A stretch of DNA of 64,000 nt from Bacteroidales bacterium (GTDB lineage: Bacteria; Bacteroidota; Bacteroidia; Bacteroidales; VadinHA17), in the NCBI GenBank assembly GCA_049294075.1, contig JBAQCK010000138.1, positions 38,361-102,360 on the forward strand, read 5' to 3'. The position numbers and the translations under genes are program-made. Under the pieces are notes generated by a model. That model was not told the DNA's origin. It worked only from the letters and a program-made list of their open reading frames with translations, and made no database searches. Positions 61,664 through 64,000 of this stretch are shown here, piece by piece (within the stretch, counting starts at the first letter, position 1; the number at the start of each line of letters is the position of its first letter).

Positions 61664-64000
61664 TTATATGATCTGAATGTCTTCCTCAAGCAGGTTCACC
61701 TCTTTAACACTGCGGTTTTTGCAGTCGAGCCGCAGGCTCTTTATTTCACAGGGTCTGAAGGTGCCTGTCCACCTGCGGTTAAGAAATGAAAAATTAACAG
61801 TGGCCGTAACGCTTTTTCCTGAGGTTTCGACGCACCTGACAATAAGATCTTCTCCCTCCTCCGCCTGTTTGATTGAAGAAACAATAACGTTTTCATTGTC
61901 AACCGACACAAATGATCCGGCTCCCGGCATTGATCCTCCATGAATTCCCTGGTAGATTGCGATTGGAGGAGAAAGGAATTCCTCGGCCTTCCGGGTGACT
62001 GAATTTTCCTGCCATGTTCCCCTGTGAGGGACCAGCATCATGCGGAAAGTATGTATACCCTGATCCTGCCAGATATGTTCCTTGTCCATTTCGAGAACTC
62101 GCGGATTGTGATGGGCGAAGACAGCAGAACGGATCACTGAAATGCGCATGTCATTTCCATTTACACTGTATCCGTATTTTGCATCATTGATAACTGCCAG
62201 CCCGTAAGTTCCTCCCTTGCCTGTTCCCGTAACATCTATCCATCGCTGCCCCGGATCCTCGTCGCCGTTTGCCTTTCGCCTGATGAAACCGTAGGAGGTT
62301 TCGTAGGTTGCTGCCGGGGATTCAACATTGACAGGGAAGGAGAACTTGACCATCTTAAGTTTTTCGTTCCAGTTAAGGCTGACTTTTGCCTCGACGGTTC
62401 TTGTACCTGCATAAAGTACCCAGTCGATTGTAAGAGTCGAATCGCCGTATTTGGAAACTGACCTTATTATTCCGCGAAGCGGACCCGTTTCGGGAATTTT
62501 TACAACTGTGTTGCCGAATGATCCGATCTCTTTTGAGAACGACTTTATGTCGTGGCTCCATGTATCGCTCGGATCATCTATAACTATGGCACGGCATCCG
62601 GAGGAGTTTCCCCTGAATACTTCAATCCCGTTTTCCTTGTCAAGCAAGCCTATGGATCCCGGTTCGTGGACCGTAAGTTTAAGGAATTCATTCTCAATAG
62701 AATTTCCGGCGGCGCTTACACCGGGCATGGCATCCTGAGGTTCGCCGGCCCTGATCCTGATCTGCCTGTATCCCAGGGCGGGAATGGTGGTTCTGACTAC
62801 AATACCCTTTCGGCTTCCTGTTTCGGTTGTCCCTGCAGTCCACTGGTGTCGCAGCAGGTTCCCCTTTTCATCCTCGGCTGTTGAAGGTGTTTTCAGATCC
62901 CAGTTGAAATCGTATTCAATGTTACCCTTGATGTCCCAGGCATGCGGATTGAAGGCGATCATGTACTGTGAAGCTGGATCCTTTGATTCGATTTGCCATT
63001 CAAGTTTTTGAACGGCCTTATAAACAGCCTGATGTGCAACATCAAGGGCATAGCCGTAACCTTCGCGGGCTGCTGCAGAGTGTTCGGGAACGGATGTGCC
63101 GGCCAGGCTGTCGTGGAATTGAAGGAAGAGGACCCTTTTCCACGCGGAAGTAAACTCTTCCCCCGGATATTTGAAATTCCAGATTACTGATCCGAGAGCT
63201 GATATCTTTTCAGCTGTTATAAGGGCGGCCTCTGAAAGCCGGTTATTCTTTTTTATCTCCGCTTCGGCCGTATAACAGCCGACAGCATGATGCTGAAGGT
63301 CATCCTTTATTACAGGAAGATTCAAACTTTTATCAGTTCTTATTTCAGCAAAATATTTCTCAGGTGTGCTGAAAATGAGTTCGGGTGCCCCGCCTTCAGC
63401 CTGGATTTCCTTTATTGAAGCTATGTTTTCCTTTGTGGCCCCTCCGCCGTGATCACCGGCACCGTAATAAGACATGAAGGATCTGAAAGGCTGTTCCCTG
63501 AACTGTTCCATGATCTTCTCTATTCTGCCCCGCACTGATCTGTTGTCGTTGTAGCTGATGGGTATCCGGTAGGTGAGGACTGAGGATCCGTCGGGCCCTT
63601 CCCACCAGAACATGTCGGCCGGTATCTCTTTCTCCCCTGGTCCGGGGCGCATGAAGACGTAATTATCCATTCCCTGCGATTTGATTATCTGAGGCAGGGT
63701 TCCGGTATGACCGAACGAGTCGGGGTTAAAGGCTACTGTTGCCCGGCGGCCAGTCAGTTTCTGCAGGGTTCGTTGTCCGTAGAGTCCCTGGCGCACCATA
63801 GCTTCGCCTCCGGGGATATTCATGTCAGGTTCGACCCACCAGCCTCCGACTACATTCCAACGACCCTCCCCGACGCGCTTTCTTATTTCTGCAAGCATCT
63901 CCGGGTCATTTTCGTCTACCCATTCATAAAACTGGGCGGAGCTGGAGGTAAAAGCGAAGTCGGGGGTTTCGTTCATCCTGTCGAGGGCTGAACGGAAAGT
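61664..64000 (-). CDS. GH38 alpha-mannosidase (5' end outside window)
   Basis: FAFTSSSAQFYEWV...GRWNVVGGWWVEPDMNIPGGE is typical of the GH38 N-domain. The frame remains open upstream of the track's ATG through to position 64000. Confidence 0.85.
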   Translation of the reverse strand, partial: TFRSALDRMNETPDFAFTSSSAQFYEWVDENDPEMLAEIRKRVGEGRWNVVGGWWVEPDMNIPGGEAMVRQGLYGQRTLQKLTGRRATVAFNPDSFGHTGTLPQIIKSQGMDNYVFMRPGPGEKEIPADMFWWEGPDGSSVLTYRIPISYNDNRSVRGRIEKIMEQFREQPFRSFMSYYGAGDHGGGATKENIASIKEIQAEGGAPELIFSTPEKYFAEIRTDKSLNLPVIKDDLQHHAVGCYTAEAEIKKNNRLSEAALITAEKISALGSVIWNFKYPGEEFTSAWKRVLFLQFHDSLAGTSVPEHSAAAREGYGYALDVAHQAVYKAVQKLEWQIESKDPASQYMIAFNPHAWDIKGNIEYDFNWDLKTPSTAEDEKGNLLRHQWTAGTTETGSRKGIVVRTTIPALGYRQIRIRAGEPQDAMPGVSAAGNSIENEFLKLTVHEPGSIGLLDKENGIEVFRGNSSGCRAIVIDDPSDTWSHDIKSFSKEIGSFGNTVVKIPETGPLRGIIRSVSKYGDSTLTIDWVLYAGTRTVEAKVSLNWNEKLKMVKFSFPVNVESPAATYETSYGFIRRKANGDEDPGQRWIDVTGTGKGGTYGLAVINDAKYGYSVNGNDMRISVIRSAVFAHHNPRVLEMDKEHIWQDQGIHTFRMMLVPHRGTWQENSVTRKAEEFLSPPIAIYQGIHGGSMPGAGSFVSVDNENVIVSSIKQAEEGEDLIVRCVETSGKSVTATVNFSFLNRRWTGTFRPCEIKSLRLDCKNRSVKEVNLLEEDIQII

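Noticed and set aside
1-64000. Mobile elements, integrases, tRNA/rRNA genes, and defence systems (RM, CRISPR-Cas, TA, Abi).
   Set aside because: No ORF in the track shows transposase (DDE), recombinase, Cas, methyltransferase or nuclease hallmark motifs, and no tRNA-like T-arm sequences were seen in intergenic gaps. Absence judged by eye is not proof.

Overview
The window looks like a Bacteroidota chromosomal segment. Evidence: a T9SS C-terminal sorting domain, many lipoprotein and TAT signal peptides, TAnnTTTG -7 boxes upstream of genes, and tight operons without obvious Shine-Dalgarno sites. I call about 55 intact CDS and 2 pseudogenes. By eye I found no rRNA, tRNA, CRISPR, transposase or integrase. 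Main blocks: (1) 2.3-5.7 kb, a hydC-hydB-hydA [FeFe]-hydrogenase operon with a minimal NuoF-like subunit and a Cys-to-Ser change in H-cluster motif 1. (2) 6-19 kb, housekeeping and exported proteins: CN-hydrolase, dinB, mqnA, purB, an ABC exporter, a T9SS CotH protein and a GH35. (3) 19-33 kb, a pectin/hexuronate locus with a broken GH105, the run uxaC / SDR / LarA-like / Gfo-Idh-MocA / gnd / exuT / uxaE-like on the minus strand, and kduI-kduD on the plus strand. (4) 33-52 kb, mixed housekeeping genes: truA, iorAB, ssb, mltG, murB, peptidases and outer-membrane proteins. (5) 52.6-59.9 kb, a six-gene Hyf/complex-I-like membrane operon. Its 'hydrogenase' large and small subunits have lost nearly all canonical Ni-Fe and Fe-S ligands, and its left edge truncates a decayed GH109-type gene. 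(6) ggt and a partial GH38. Non-genic signals that the genes do not explain: a roughly 100-bp conserved hairpin-containing element present three times in divergent intergenic regions, two of them in front of functionally linked unsaturated-uronate genes; three intergenic tracts with strict 7- or 8-nt tandem periodicity; and a perfect 24-bp tandem duplication spanning a start codon. All homology statements come from motif recognition by eye. No database search was run.
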